Origin: Cyanophora paradoxa CCMP329
Lineage: Eukaryota > Plantae > Glaucophyta
Reading direction: 5' to 3'
Length of the DNA stretch: 56,247 bases
Assembly: GCA_004431415.1 (NCBI GenBank)
Contig: QPMI01000301.1
Span: forward strand, 1-56,247
Shown here piece after piece: positions 24,741 through 39,200 of the stretch; position 1 is the stretch's first letter; each line of letters starts with the position of its first letter. A model generated the notes under the pieces. The model worked only from the letters and a program-made list of their open reading frames with translations. It was not told the DNA's origin and ran no database searches. The translations under genes and the position numbers were made by a program.

Positions 24741-25844
24741 ATGGAGTTCCGGCCGCTGCTGCCGGACGACATGGCCGAAATGAAAGCGCTGCACGTAGAG
24801 TGCTTCCCAATCTCGTTGCGCCCATCCGCCGCTTCGAGGCTGCCTCGCCGCCGCGCTAAACTCCCTCGCAGCTACGAGGACGACTTCTACTGGAACAGCG
24901 TCTACGGGAGGGGCATCGTGTCCTTCGCGGCGGTGGACAGAAACGCGGCGGCACCGCCGCTTGCCTCGCTCGCCTCGAGCGGGGCGCCGCAGCCGCCGCC
25001 CGAGCAGCAGTGGCGGGCGGTGGGCGTGCAGGAGCAGATTTACGCAGCGGCGGCCGGCCCGGGGCGACCGGGGACGCCGCCGCCTGTGGGCGTGCCGCAG
25101 GCGCGGCGGGGACGCCTCGCCGGCGTGGCGACGCTTTCCATCGTGCGGGAGGCCACCTGCGAGGCGCTCCCCGCCCGCCCCAGCCTCGCCCACCCGAGCC
25201 CCGCCCGCCGGCGCCTGACGCGGGAGCGAGCAGGACCGCGGCCTCCTCGGCTTCTCCCCGCTGGAGCGCTGTCTCGGTTACATCCTCACCCTCGGCGTCA
25301 CGCAGGACTACCGCCGCCGCGGTGTCGGTGCGCCGCGGCCCCTGCGCGTGGGGCCGGCGGGGCCGACGGTTGCGCAGCGCGGGCGCTGCTGGGGCGGCTG
25401 GTTGCGCACTGCGAGTCGATCGCATCGTGCCGGGCGGTCTACCTGCACACGGCGGCGGAGAACGAGGCGGCGGCGCGCTTCTACGAGCAGAACGGCTTCC
25501 AGGCCGTGCGCCGCCTCGAGCGCTTCTACACCATCGACGGGCGCCCCTGCGACGCCCTCCTCTTCCTCCGCTACGTCAATGGCGGCCGCCCCTCCTGCGC
25601 CCTCTCGTGCGTTCCGCCCCGCCCGCCCCGCCCGCCGCCGCCTCACGGCGCGGGCCCGGGCAGGGACGTCGGGGAGTGGGTGGCGGAGGGGGCACGAGGC
25701 GTTGCGCGGGCCCTCCGCTGGCTGGGCACCTGGCTCGTGCACGGCGCCGAGGAGGAGGCGGAGGCCCCGGGCCGGCCCGAGCTGCGCAAGGCCGACGCCG
25801 GCCAGGCGGCCGCCCAGGGCAGGCTCGTCTACCCCGTCGTCTAG
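24741..25844 (+). CDS. NAA60: GNAT N-alpha-acetyltransferase, NAA60-like
   Basis: FRPL...KALHVECFPIS|YEDDFY, GYILTLGVTQDYRRRG, CRAVYLHTAAENEAAARFYEQNGF...FYTIDG...DALLFLRYVNGGRP, and an amphipathic C-terminal helix. Confidence 0.8.
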   Translation: MEFRPLLPDDMAEMKALHVECFPISLRPSAASRLPRRRAKLPRSYEDDFYWNSVYGRGIVSFAAVDRNAAAPPLASLASSGAPQPPPEQQWRAVGVQEQIYAAAAGPGRPGTPPPVGVPQARRGRLAGVATLSIVREATCEALPARPSLAHPSPARRRLTRERAGPRPPRLLPAGALSRLHPHPRRHAGLPPPRCRCAAAPARGAGGADGCAARALLGRLVAHCESIASCRAVYLHTAAENEAAARFYEQNGFQAVRRLERFYTIDGRPCDALLFLRYVNGGRPSCALSCVPPRPPRPPPPHGAGPGRDVGEWVAEGARGVARALRWLGTWLVHGAEEEAEAPGRPELRKADAGQAAAQGRLVYPVV

Positions 25845-26044
25845 CCCCGCCTCAGCCCCCGGCCCGCTCCGAGCGGCCGCCGGCGCCTCCAGTTTGACCG
25901 GAGGATGACCGCTGAATAACATTACGAAACGGAGTTGCTTCTATTTTACATGCACGCCGCGCTTCAAAAATAGCGGAATATTACGGCGCCTGTGACCACG
26001 AGTACGGCCGGGCGCGAGTGCCGCCCTGGCGAGCCAAGCCCGCC

Positions 26045-27026
26045 TCACACCCGCGGCTTGCCCTCGGTGCCGGGACGGTGCCCGAATGCCCACGCGGCGC
26101 TGCAGGAGCTGATCAGCCGCGGCGAGGGCGGTCGGGCGGCCGGGGCGCACTGGATGATGGGGCGGGGCGGGCGGGGCGGGGGAATGTACTCCTTCGCCAT
26201 ATCCTCGGGGAGCAACTTCCGCAAAGGATCCCAGGGATCGTTCCCAATGAAGATCCTGCCGCCCACGAGGCCTCAGGCGCCGGCTTCGGGGCGCGGGGCG
26301 GGGCGAGGCGCGGACCAGGACCAGTACATGATACCTAAGGTTCCGACGAAGAGGGGCCCAGCGATCATGCGGAAGAGCTGCATCTGGGTCATCGGGTGCG
26401 GCTTCAGGTGCGGGTCGAAGTCCGCGTCGTGCGCCTCCCACGAGCCCGCCGGGCCCCACGAGTAGCCCCCGCCCCAGCTACGGTGCCCCGACGCTGGCGT
26501 GAAGCCCGACCGCCCCGCGAAGAAGCGCGCGTCATACATCGAACGCTTCTCCGGGTTCCCCAGCGTTGAGTACGCCTGCGCAGCGCACCGCGCCGCTGCT
26601 CAGGCGCTGCCGGGAAAGAAAAGGAGGAAACCCAGCGAGGCGGACCTCAGTGATAGCCTTAAATCTTTCCATTGCTTGTGAGCAGGAGCTCGCATTGCCG
26701 AGTGCGTCCGGATGGTAGAGAAGCGCTGCTCTGTGAAAAGCCTTCTTGATTTCTTCTTGAGACGCAGTTGGGTGCAGGTCTGGCAAGAGTCAGAGAGGCC
26801 GACTCGGCGGCGGTGCGCTCGAGATCTGGGCCTCAGTTCTAGAGTGCACACTTGATGCAACCGGCGGCGCGCTCGAGACTGGGTCTCGGGGCAGAAAGAT
26901 GCCTCTAGAGTGCACACTTGATGCAACCATTCTTTCTAGATATCGCAGGCGGTCCGTATGCAACAGAGCCGGCACGTGGGCGTGCTCATGCGCACCGAGT
27001 ACGGCGTACAGCGACGTTCGCGGCAT
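26045..27026 (-). CDS. DnaJ (J-domain) protein with one TM segment
   Basis: SLYAVL|...ASQEEIKKAFHRAALLYHPD...MERFKAITE|AYSTLGNPEKRSMYD contains the HPD motif. TM segment MIAGPLFVGTLGIMYW. The true start could lie further upstream. Confidence 0.8.
26805..26928. repeat. Intronic tandem duplication, about 60-bp unit
   Basis: Exact 25-mer tctagagtgcacacttgatgcaacc at 26838-26862 and 26904-26928, each preceded by ggcggcg..cgctcgaga..ctggg. Confidence 0.9.
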
Positions 27027-27639
27027 CGTGAAACGGGCGCAAGCTAGCGATCTGGCAGGGGCGAGCTGGAGGCCTTTGCGTGACGAACTGGCAGCTGCAG
27101 GGGACTGGCCGGGACTGCTCAAGGACGGGTACGCTCAAATTGCGTTAGGCGGGACTCCGCCCCGGCCCGCGGCCGCGCGCACACGACGTCTTCACTGGCG
27201 TCTCCCTCATCGTCCCTCGGCCTCGAGGCGATTTGAATGCTGAGCACCGAAGTGCAATTTAATTTGCAACAGTGTGTGGACCGGTCCGACGGTCTTCAGG
27301 CTTTTTAAAATGATCTCTCTGATTCCAAATGCTGCAGCGGGAGTGGGCCGGGGCGGCCCGGCGGCACGGTCGCTGCCCCGGCCTGCGCCCAGGCGCGCGC
27401 GCGCGCGAGCAATATATAGCAACTCACTTGATCACAAATGCAGTTAAATGCAATTTGAAATATTCTAAACAAATTCGAATTCTACGTAAACGATAAGTTA
27501 ACGTTACTAAAGTTAAGCTCAAGGTCTGAGCAGCCACCCGAATGCATTGACCCGGCCCGGCGGCCCTTCCGCAGCGCTAGCTCAATTCTAGCTCTGAGTC
27601 TGAGCTGCACTGGCCGGGCTGCCAGCTGCAGGCTGCTGG

Positions 27640-28761
27640 CTACCGGTCGAGGCCGGCGGGGCGGAAGGCGGTGGTCCAGAGGAGGGGCTCAGAGGCCTCG
27701 AGCTCGATTTCGGGGGCCACCAGCTCGTTGCTGCTGCTCACCAGCCCCCCGAACGCCAGCGGCCGCTCCCCGTCTGCCGCACCCCCGGCCTCGCCGCGGG
27801 CGGCGGCGGGGGATCGCGAGGAGGGGCAGAGCGGCGCACCGAGGTCCCACTTGAGGCCGCGGGTGCGGACGTGGCGGACCTCGCGCCCGAGGGGGATGAG
27901 GCCGCAGATGGGCCCCTCGAGGCGCGGGTGCCAGCGGATACGATGCGCCCCCGCCGGCAGGACCGTCGCCGTGCACTCGTCAGAGAGGAAGAGCAGCGGC
28001 GTCGGCGTGTCCGCCATCAGGTAGCTGCGCCCGGGAGGCCCGCCATGCATTAGCCCGCGTCCGCATGCGAGGGGGGCGGGAGCCGCGGCGCGGCGAGCGG
28101 GGCGCCTCATGTTCATGTTCGCCATCTCGTGATCGATTCGCCCACCTAGCGCGCCCAGAACCACCACCAGCAGCAGCCCCTGCGCGCCCCGTTGCGCGCG
28201 CGGCGGCTGCGGGGGCCGGCATGGCCACCGCACGCTGCCGAGGCACTCCTTTCTGTGCTCCTCGATGGCTGTGAGGCACTTCTGGAGGTCGGTCGTGTCC
28301 TGGTCGGGGTCCTTTAGCACGCGCGCCCCCTGCCGCCCGCCATGCGATTAGCTGCGGCTCGCGCGTCGCTGCGGGCAGCGTGCACGCGAGCGCACGCGGC
28401 CGCGATAGTACTCGAGCGTTGCCGGCGTCACCGAGTCGAAATCGCCCTTCACGACGTCTGGCACGAAGCTGTGGCGCGCGTCTCGCGCGGCCGGCGGGCG
28501 CGTGCGGGCGACGCGCGCCTCGCCCGCTCGTCATCGCTCAGGTAGTTGTACAAGCGGTCCGCTCCGCCGTCCGCGCACACGCGAAAAGCCGCTGCGGCAC
28601 GCGGCGTCGGCCGGGCGGGCACGGTATGCCAATCGATGCAACGCACCGCATCGCCAGATTCGCCGAAGAAAGCTGGGGAGCGTGTAGTTCAGCACAATAA
28701 GCGCAACCGGCTCTAAATCCGCCCCGCCGTCCAGGAACGCCAGGAAGTTTTTGACGGACAT
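27640..28761 (-). CDS. TPK1: Thiamine pyrophosphokinase
   Basis: ALIVLN, RVCADGGADRLY, GDFDS, DPDQDTTDLQKCL, LGALGGRIDHEMAN, CGLIPLG...TRGLKWDL, FGGLVSSSN, LLWT. Confidence 0.93.
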
Positions 28762-28867
28762 CCCAGCCGAGTGTACCCGGTCCAGTATGCGAAAACTAAC
28801 TGGTCTTTCTGTACCCGTGCGTCAGTTTGAGTTTGGCGAAACGCGGGCAAGGGTTGTTGTTCCTGTG

Positions 28868-29221
28868 ATGGCGGCACTGGGCGCGCGTCCCTTTGGCTGT
28901 ACAACTCGTCAAATTAGCTTTATCAGCGATTGCGGCCAGAAGCGCGCATCTTTGTCGGAGTTTGATCTCCTACAAAATGGCAGCCAGGCCGTCGTCGAGA
29001 AGCTCGGCCTCTCGGGGCCCGTTGCGCTGTTCCGCGAGTTCGATCATCAAGGCAAAGACCTTTCCTCGTTCTTCTACGCGGCCGATCTCGACTCGAAGGC
29101 GCCGGCGGATTTGAAAAAAGCGCGCGACTTTTTCAGATCCTCGCAGATCGGCTACGTGTACCGGGCCATCATGCGCAGTGAGCATTTTGCGCATACTTTA
29201 TTGAGTTCTTTCGGCGCGTGA
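28868..29221 (+). CDS. Hypothetical protein (possibly the first exon of a longer spliced gene)
   Basis: ATG lies head-to-head with TPK1. The translation has globular-like composition (FREFDHQGKDLSSFFYAADL...ARDFFRSSQIGYVYRAIM) but no recognised family. Confidence 0.4.
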   Translation: MAALGARPFGCTTRQISFISDCGQKRASLSEFDLLQNGSQAVVEKLGLSGPVALFREFDHQGKDLSSFFYAADLDSKAPADLKKARDFFRSSQIGYVYRAIMRSEHFAHTLLSSFGA

Positions 29222-29473
29222 CCGGAGCTCGTGGCGCAGGCGCTCCCTCGGCGGATCCGGAGTCGCCCAGCCGTCAGCCTGCTGGGGATCCACTGCTGGA
29301 CGAGTCGCCCACCTCGCGCCTCGATTCACGTGCGCGCACTGGCTCACTTCGCCGGTCGGACTGCTTACAGGCTCGGTCTGCAGCCGGGGAGGCGGCCGCG
29401 TCAGCACCTGCATCGAGTCCGGCGGGCTCGACTCCTGCGACGAGATCCGGTTCGTGCACCCGTCCCCCTTTTG

Positions 29474-29860
29474 TTAATCGCTTGCCGACGGGCCGCGGTG
29501 CAGGACGGATGTGGTGCGAGGACGACGGGGAGGCGACCGCGTCAGGCGACCGCATAGAGCAGACCTGAAGGGCGGGTCGCCGTCAGAGTCCTCCTCTGCA
29601 AAGTTGGGGGCCTGTGCTCGAGCGGGGGCTGTTCGCCTTCGAGAGCTCGGGGGCTCCCCCTCGTCGTCAGAGCGCTCGAGTGGGGGCGGGTTGCCGTCAG
29701 AGTCCTCCTCTGCAAAGGCAAAGGCCCGTACTCGACGGTTACATCGCCGCAATGCCCTCTTGAAGTTGAAGCCCGATGCATAGACAGGCGGCGATTCCTC
29801 CCAGCCCTCCTCCGGTCCTGGGCTCCAGGCACGACGGTAGTCCATCCTGCGAGCGCCCAT
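29474..29860 (-). CDS. Hypothetical acidic protein with internal duplication
   Basis: ORF contains FAEEDSDGNPP and FAEEDSDGDPP repeats and PPLERSDDEGE. No family recognised. Confidence 0.3.
   Translation of the reverse strand: MGARRMDYRRAWSPGPEEGWEESPPVYASGFNFKRALRRCNRRVRAFAFAEEDSDGNPPPLERSDDEGEPPSSRRRTAPARAQAPNFAEEDSDGDPPFRSALCGRLTRSPPRRPRTTSVLHRGPSASD
29570..29717. repeat. 34-bp direct repeat (1 mismatch)
   Basis: gggcgggtYgccgtcagagtcctcctctgcaaag at 29570-29603 and 29684-29717. Confidence 0.9.
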
Positions 29861-30464
29861 GACGCTCCGTGAGCCGCGCGATTTGCAGCTCGCAAAGCAA
29901 ACAAACCGTCGCTAATCGAGTTCTGTAGGCCGCTGCACGTGAGGGCTGGCAATCGCGACGTCAGCGCCCGAGCGGGCTCGCCGTACGCGCTGCGAGCTCG
30001 CCGCACCTGCTATCCGCAAAAGGGATATCTAAATGCACGCCCACGGGCGTCAAGTGAGCCGCCCACGCCGTCGAACGACCTGCAATTTGAAAGTGGGCGC
30101 CACACGGCGCCTTTGCCCCCAGGGGCCGACCCGGCCTGTACGCACCGGCCAACCGCAAATTTTAGGGTACAAAAGGCCTCCGCGAAGGCTCAAGGCGCCC
30201 CTACGCGCAGCGGATCCAGCCGAGTCAGCGCCAAAGGGGTGGGCGGACGGCGCGGATGGGCCCATCTCCCACATACTCACCCCTCTTTTGACCGGACTCG
30301 AGTTTGCGCACTGGTCCCGGCCCCGCCCGTGCGCTCTGCTATGCACAAAGGACACACACCTGTGGTTTGAACAAACTCTCTGGAGGAGCGGGGGTATAGA
30401 AAGACTAGTTAGTTCTGGCAGATCCAGCTAGCTGGCTGCTGCTAAACCAGGCCGGTCCTGAGCG

Positions 30465-32510
<2,046 letters not shown>

Positions 32511-32824
32511 CATGGCGCCAGCGCCGGCTGGTCTTGCAATTGAACGCAGCTAGTGTGCACTGCAGCTGTGCAGCTGCAGTGTGGCGGGCCAATTTGCAAC
32601 GTTGACGCTGGGGTACAGTACGTCAAGAGCTGGCTACAAAACGAGCGGATCCACAGCAAGCGAGCGGCGAGCGCTGAGTAGCACAGACGCTGAACATCTA
32701 GTGCATAGCTACGATTTGACACAGCTAGCGGGCGCGGCGCGGCTGGCGCCCGAAAGCGACTCACGGCGCTTGGCTCCGCGAGGCGGACCTCTGCAGCTCT
32801 GGAGTGCTTTGCTTCTAGAGTGCT

Positions 32825-35800
32825 ATGAAGTACCCGGAGCTAGTAGAGCTGTGCGCGAAGGTCATCAAGTCCTATGACCCCATCACAACGACCGTGGACA
32901 CGCACGCCGAGAACTTCCTGGCGCAGCAGAAGGTTGGCGGAACGGAATAGCTTGCCTGCGGCGAGGCGAGCCCGCGGTGACTGAGCGCTCTGCGCCCGCG
33001 CCGCAGATCGTCGATGAGCACGAGGCGACCTTCATCAAGCAGGTCCTGTACGGCTGCATACGCTACAAGAAGCTGCTGAAGGCCCGCCCAGCAGCAGCGG
33101 CGTCCGCTACGCTGCGCGAGGTGACAGGGCGGGGCGCGCGGCGCAGGTGTTCATCTCGAGCTTCTACTTCAACGAGGGAGGGCGACTGCTGCGGGAGGAC
33201 ATGACGATGTACAGCATCTACGCGTATCTCGCCATCATCCGCATGGCCGACCTCACCTTTGGGGAGTTCCGGTACGCGCGCCCCGCGCGCCCCGCCGGCC
33301 TGGCGGCGCGGGGCGGCGTGGCTCACGGGTAGCGCAGGAAGTTCATGGTCTCGGAGGAGGCGCAGAAGATGGAGGTCTTCCTGGAGTACCTGTTTAACGA
33401 GGCGAACCTCGAGAAGTGGATGCGCCCCGAGTGGATGAAGCTCTACGACGTCAACTTCGTCGACGTGCGCGGCGCGGCGCGGCGCGGCGGGCCGGGGCCG
33501 GGGCCGGCGTGCGGCTGAGCTTGCGGGGCGCAGAACGAGCTGATCGGGCCGCTGGTGGCGATCTCGGGGGAGGTGCGGGCGCTGCTGGAGTACCTGCACC
33601 AGAAGGTGGCCGGCCAGCGGGCCGAGGCGGAGGCGCAGCAGGCCGCCGACGCCGCCAAGGCCGCTACCAAGAAGTTCACGACGCCGGAGCCTTTCAACCT
33701 GACGCGGCCGCGCCCGCGCGTCATCCCGGAGCCGCAGCGGATCGAGAGCGGGGGGTTCAGGGCGAAGCCGGTGCCGGCGTCGACGCACGAGCCGGACGGG
33801 CGGCTGCTGCGGGCGATCGAGGAGGCGAAGAAGGCGGTGCGGAAGGAGGTGCAGGAGAAATACGCGAACCCGCGCTACCAGCCGCCCCGGCTGCGCACGC
33901 TCGAGCGGCCCTCGAACCTCGAGTCCGTGCGGGCGGAGGTGGAGGCGCGGCGCGCGGCGGAGCTCAACTTCGAGGGGCGCAAGGCGCAGCCCGTGCCGGA
34001 GTTCCCGGCGGCGAGCGTGACGCTGAACGCGGCGGCGGTGCTGCGGGAGGACGCCCTCTACCGCAAGAAGCAGGAGGCCGAGGCGCGCGCCATCGCCAGC
34101 TACGAGGCCGAGCTCCGCGACGCCAGCGAGTTCCACCGCTGGCAGTCCCACATGCGCTCCAAGGGTGCCCCGCCCCGCCCCGCCCCGCCCCGCCCCGGCG
34201 CGCGGCGGCGTGGGGCGGGCGGGGGCTGAGAGGCGGCGGCAGACGACGAGGTGCGGGCGGCGGAGATCGAGCAGCGGCGGCTGGAGATGGAGCTGGCGAA
34301 CGAGGAGGCGATCCTGGCGCGGCTGCGCAAGGTGGAGGAGAACAAGTCGGTGGTCGTCGAGATGCAGGCCGAGCGGCGCGCGATCCGGGAGAAGCTGGAG
34401 GCCGAGCTGCGGGAGCGCGAGGAGGCGAACCGGGCAATCGTGGCGGAGATCCAGGCGGCGCGGGACGCCCCGCGGGAGGCCGAGCGGGAGGTGCTCGAGC
34501 GCAAGCGGCGGCAGGCCGAGGCGGTGGCCCGCGAGCGCGAGGAGATCGCCCGCAAGATCGAGGAGACGGAAGCGCGGGAGGCAGCGGCGCGGGCGGACCG
34601 CGTGCTGCAGCTGCGGGCGCTGCTGGCCGTGCCGGTCGAGCGCGGGAAGGAGTTCGACCCGACGGAGCAGCCGGCGCACGGCCTCCTCGACGAGATCTCC
34701 TACGCGGAGATGAAGGAGCTGCTGCAGACGCGGAAGCAGCGGGAGCTGGAGGAGACGCTCGCGCGGCGCGAGGAGATCATCGAGCGGAAGCAGGAGCGCG
34801 CCGAGGAGCTCGAGCGCCGCGCCGACTTCATCGCCCGCATGCGCGGCCTCGCCGCCGTCGACGCCCGCGAGCGCCGCGAGACGACCCGCGCCCGCGAGCG
34901 CGAGGAGGCCCTCCGCAAGCAGGCCCGCGAGGACGAGAAGTGCGTGGCCCTCGCGGACAAGCTCAAGGCGCGGCGGGCGGAGCGGGCGGCCCTCGAGGAG
35001 CGGCTGCGCGAGGAGCTGCGCGCCACGGCGATCAAGCGGCAGTTCCTCTCCGCGGACAAGGAGAAGGTGGAGGAGAACAACTTCCTCTCCCTCGAAAAGG
35101 CCGCCGAGCGCGTCGTCAAGCGCGAGCAGGTGCGCGGGGCGGCGGGGCGCTGCGGGGGCGGCGGGTGCGAGCGGGAGGCGTGCGCAGGAGAAGGCGCGGG
35201 CGCTGGCCTTCGAGGAGGAGCGCGTCGCGGAGGAGGAGGAGGCGATCCGCCTGCGCAACGCCCGCGACGCCGCCCGCGCCAGGCGCGCCGCCCTCGACCA
35301 GCAGGCCCGCCGGTGCGCTCCCGCCCGCCCCGGGGACCCCGGCCGGGGCCGGACGGGCGGGACGGCAGGGTGGAGGTGCAGCGGCGGGAGACGGAGGAGA
35401 CGACGCGGGCGGACGTGCTGGCGCGGCGGGAGCTGAACCTGCGCGAGCGCGGCGTCAAGGCCGAGCAGCGCGCCACCCGCGAGGTCCGCCCCGCCCCGCC
35501 CCCGCCCCGCCCTGCCGCCCGGCGCGAGGCGGGCCGGGGCCGCAGTACACGCAGCCGTATGCGGCGGAGATCTCGCGGCAGGTCACCGCCACCGCCCGCC
35601 ACGCCTCCGAGACCCGCCGCGCCCGCCACGCCTCCCCCGCCGCCTCCGCCGCCTCGGGCACCCGCTCCAACCCCTCCCCGGCCCGCCTCACGCGCGCCCG
35701 CTCCAACGGGAGTGCGCGCCGTGCCCCCTCCCGTGCCGGCCGCCGCTCACAGGGGCGGGGCCGCAGAGGCGGAAGGCGCTGCGGGGGACGGGACGGCGCG

Positions 35801-35909
35801 GTCAGGCGACGGGGAGGAGAGGGCGGCGGGCGGCTCGAGGCCAGGCTCGGGGAGGGCGTCACGAGCCGGCTCGGCGTCCCCAGCGCCCGCCGCCATCGCT
35901 GCCAGCTAG
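32825..35909 (+). CDS. CFAP99: Cilia- and flagella-associated protein 99-like
   Basis: FIKQVLYGCIRYKKLLK|VF...YAYLAIIRM...FLEYLF...EWMKLYD, TTPEPFNLTRPRPR, LNAAAVLREDALY, FDPTE...GLLDEISYAEMKE and long coiled coils. Last exon is tentative. Confidence 0.8.
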
Positions 35910-36252
35910 CACCGGGCCCCCTCCCCTATTCTTGTAGCTGCAGGACGCAGGAAGGAGGAAGACAGGCATAGGCTTCGGTGCAGGCCGGCGCCTAAGACGG
36001 GTTGGGGGGCTGGAGCTGAAGCCGCAGTTGGCCCGTCGTCGATGGCGTGTGGGCATCTCGAGGAGACCGCTGAGCTGACGGAGCGCTCTTCTTCAGGCGC
36101 TGGGAGTGCGCAGAAGCGTGTCGCAGCTCCGGATCCATGCATATGCGCTTTGCTCAAAGCACACAATTGCGCATGCAATCGAATATGAGTCGCGCGTTCG
36201 AGTCGCCGGGCCCTTTTTAGCACAGTCGCCGTCAGTCGGTCCAATTGCAAAG

Positions 36253-39200
36253 ATGCCGCTGCTGCGGGCGGGCAGTCTTCCCTCACACGTGCACCCTTCA
36301 GCACCGTCGTGGCACGTCCCGGTCAGCGGGCTGGAATCTCTGAGGCCGTATGCGCCGGTCGGCAGAGCTGCCGCCTCTCCACCTCGGTGCGATGGTGCAC
36401 GACACAGGCGCTCATCACGCCAGACATCGTCCGCTTCGCCGCCCCTTGGGCGCCCTCCGAGCAGCTTCAGCACGCACGACCTGCACCTAGAACACAGTCG
36501 CCGCCCTCCGGTCGCAGGGCATCGCACCCGGTCGGAGCGAGCGGCGGCGCCGTTGGTGGCACCCGCGGCTGCACGACCTGGGTCGCGGCGGTTGGACGAG
36601 AGAGACGAGTGGGATGCGGAGCCGCTGGTGCCGGCGCCCTTCTTCCGCACGGCAAACGAGCTCGAGCTCGCCGAGGAGGCGCTCATGGCGGGCGATCGGC
36701 TCACGGAGACAATGTGCGCCCCAGCAGCTCGCCGCGCCGCCTGACCTAACGCGGCCAACCGCAGCATCGACGCCGGCCGCGTGATCTACGAGCCGCCGTC
36801 GAGGCCGCCCTCTGATCGCCCCGCCCACCGCCCGCGCTCCAGGGCGGCCCCCGGTGCGGTCCCGGTGCACCGTGCCCAGCAGCTTGTCCCGCGCCCGCAC
36901 TCGGCGGAGCGCTCGCGGCCGCGGCTGCCGGCGCCCGGGCGGCCCGAGTCGGCGCCGCGGCGGCCGCACCGGGCGCGGGATGCGAGGGCGGAGGCGGCGC
37001 CGCCGCGGGCGCGGGCGGAGGAGGGGATGCGGGCGGTGGGGGGCGGCTACGCGGCGCCCTCGGCGTGGTACGAGGCGTGCGAGCGGGACTGGCTCGCCGC
37101 GCACGACGGCTTCCGCGCCTTCCTCGCGATGCGCCGCCAGCGCGGCGCAACCACCGTCGCCCAGCTCGCTTCCGCCCTCCGCTTCTTCTCCGCCCACTGG
37201 CGCAAGATCATCGAGGGCGCGCCCCAGCGCCCCGCCCCGGCGCGCTCGAGGGGAACGCGGGGCGCAGGGCTGCGGAGCGCGCAGGGGCGGGGCGGGCGGT
37301 GCCGGCGGAGACGCAGCGGGAGCGCCTCGAGGAGCTCACCGACCGCATCGCCAAGGCCCGGCCCGGCCGCCCCCGCAGCGCCCGGCGGCGAGGCGCTGAC
37401 GCGGGGCAGGCGGGGCGGCGCTGGGGCGGCTGCGGGCCCTCCCGACGACGCCGTCCTCGCCGACGGCCCCGACCGTGACGCCCGCCCCGCCCCGCCGGCC
37501 CGCCCCAGCGCCGCTGACGCCGCGCAGCTCGCGGCGGCGGTGGACGAGCTGCTGCGGCGGGGGCGCGCGACGGGCCCCGCCGCGACGGCGCACGACGCGG
37601 CGTGGCGGCGGCTGCTGCCGGCCTGGGAGGAGTTCGAGATGCGCCTTGCCGACCACCGCTGGGGCCTCACCGCCTGCGACTACTCGCTGGGCTTGACGCC
37701 GCCTGCGCCCTCTACGCCTTCCTCCTCCTCGAGGCGGCGGGGCGCCCGAGGCCGCCGCCGCCGCCCGCCCGCGGGCCCCGCCACGCCGCCTTCCTCCACG
37801 CGCGCCGCCGCGCCGGCCTCGAGGCCGGCCTCGCCGCCGCCACCGAGGCGCGGGCGCGGGCGCGCACGCTGGAGGCGGCGGGGCGCGTCCCCGAGGCGGA
37901 AGCTGACCGCTACGACGCCATCGTGCGCCCCGCCTCGCCCCGCCCCGCCCGCGCCGGCGGCGGCAGGGCTGACGCTGGCGGCAGCTCGAGGCGGCCGACC
38001 TCGCGCGCCTGGAGGCCGACGAGGAGGGCGCTCGCGACGAGCCAGCGAGGGCCCCGCCGCGGGGCCGGGGCGGAGGAGGGGGAGTACGAGGAGGCGGCGG
38101 GGCGCTTCCAGGACGCCGTCGTGGAGGCGCGCCCCGCCCCGCCCCACCCGGCCCGGCGCGGGGCGGGCGCGGGCGCGGGGGCGAGCGCGGGGGGCGCAGG
38201 CGGCGCTGGACCCGCTGGCGGCGCTGGCGCCCGGCGAGTACCTCGACGCCCTCCACTTCGCCGTCGCCCACTGGGCCTCGCCGAGGCCGGCGCGCCCCGC
38301 CCCGCCCCGCGCCCCCGGCCCCCGCCCCTCACACCCTGCCCCCAGATGAGCAGCGCCGCGCCGCGCGAGGGGCCGGCGAGGCGAAGCGACTGCTGGCGGC
38401 GCAGCGGGGCGGGAGGCCGCGGCGGGGGCGCTGGTGGCGCTGCGGGAGGCGTGCCGGGGGCGGCCTGCCGGGCCCCCACGGAGCTCGAGGAGGCCCTGCG
38501 CGCCGCCGACGCCGCCGTGCGCCCCGCCGACCCCGCCGCCCCCGCCCGCCCCGAGGCGGCGGCGCAGGTCGCGGCGGTCGCGGAGGACCTGGAGCGCGAG
38601 CGCGAGCGCCGCCCGCCCGCAGCGGAGGCCCCCGCCACGCCCGCCGCAGGCACCCCGCCGCCCCCATCCGGCGAGGCTGGCGGGCGCGAGGAGGAGACGG
38701 CGGCCGCCGCCGCCCGCATCGTCGCCGCGGCAATCGTGCGCGGGGCGGGGCGGCGGGGCGCGAGGGGCGTGACGGGGCGGCAGCTGGCGGAGGAGGTGCT
38801 GGGCGACGTCGTGCGGAGCCGCCCGGGGAGCCCCGCCACGCCGCCCCGCGCCGCCCCGCGCAGCCCCGGCGCCCGCCGCTCGCCGCCGGCGCCGCTCGTC
38901 GCGCCGCCCTCCGTCGACCGCGCCGCCTTCCTCGCCGAGCGCCGCTCCTTCCAGGCCCGCCCGCCCCGCCGCCGCCCGCCCGCCGGGGCGGAGCGCGACG
39001 CGGGCGCGCAGCTCTTCCTGCGCCTCTGGAGGGAGCCGTGGCGGCGGGTGCGGCCCGAGGCGCTGGCGGCGGCCCTGCCCTTCGCGCCCCTCTTCTGGCT
39101 GCGGCGTCTTCGAAGCGCGCACCCGCCCCGCCCGCCCTCCTGCATCCGCCCCGGCGAGGCGCGCCGCAGCGCTCGAGGCGGAAGCGGAGCCGGCGGGTCC

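Noticed and set aside
26838-26928. CRISPR-like repeat-spacer pattern
   Set aside because: There are only two copies, the spacer is itself duplicated, the location is intronic, and no cas genes are present.
30010-30410. Possible Helitron end (...gactag|t) or other transposon fragment
   Set aside because: No convincing subterminal hairpin, 5' TC end, TIR or TSD could be found.
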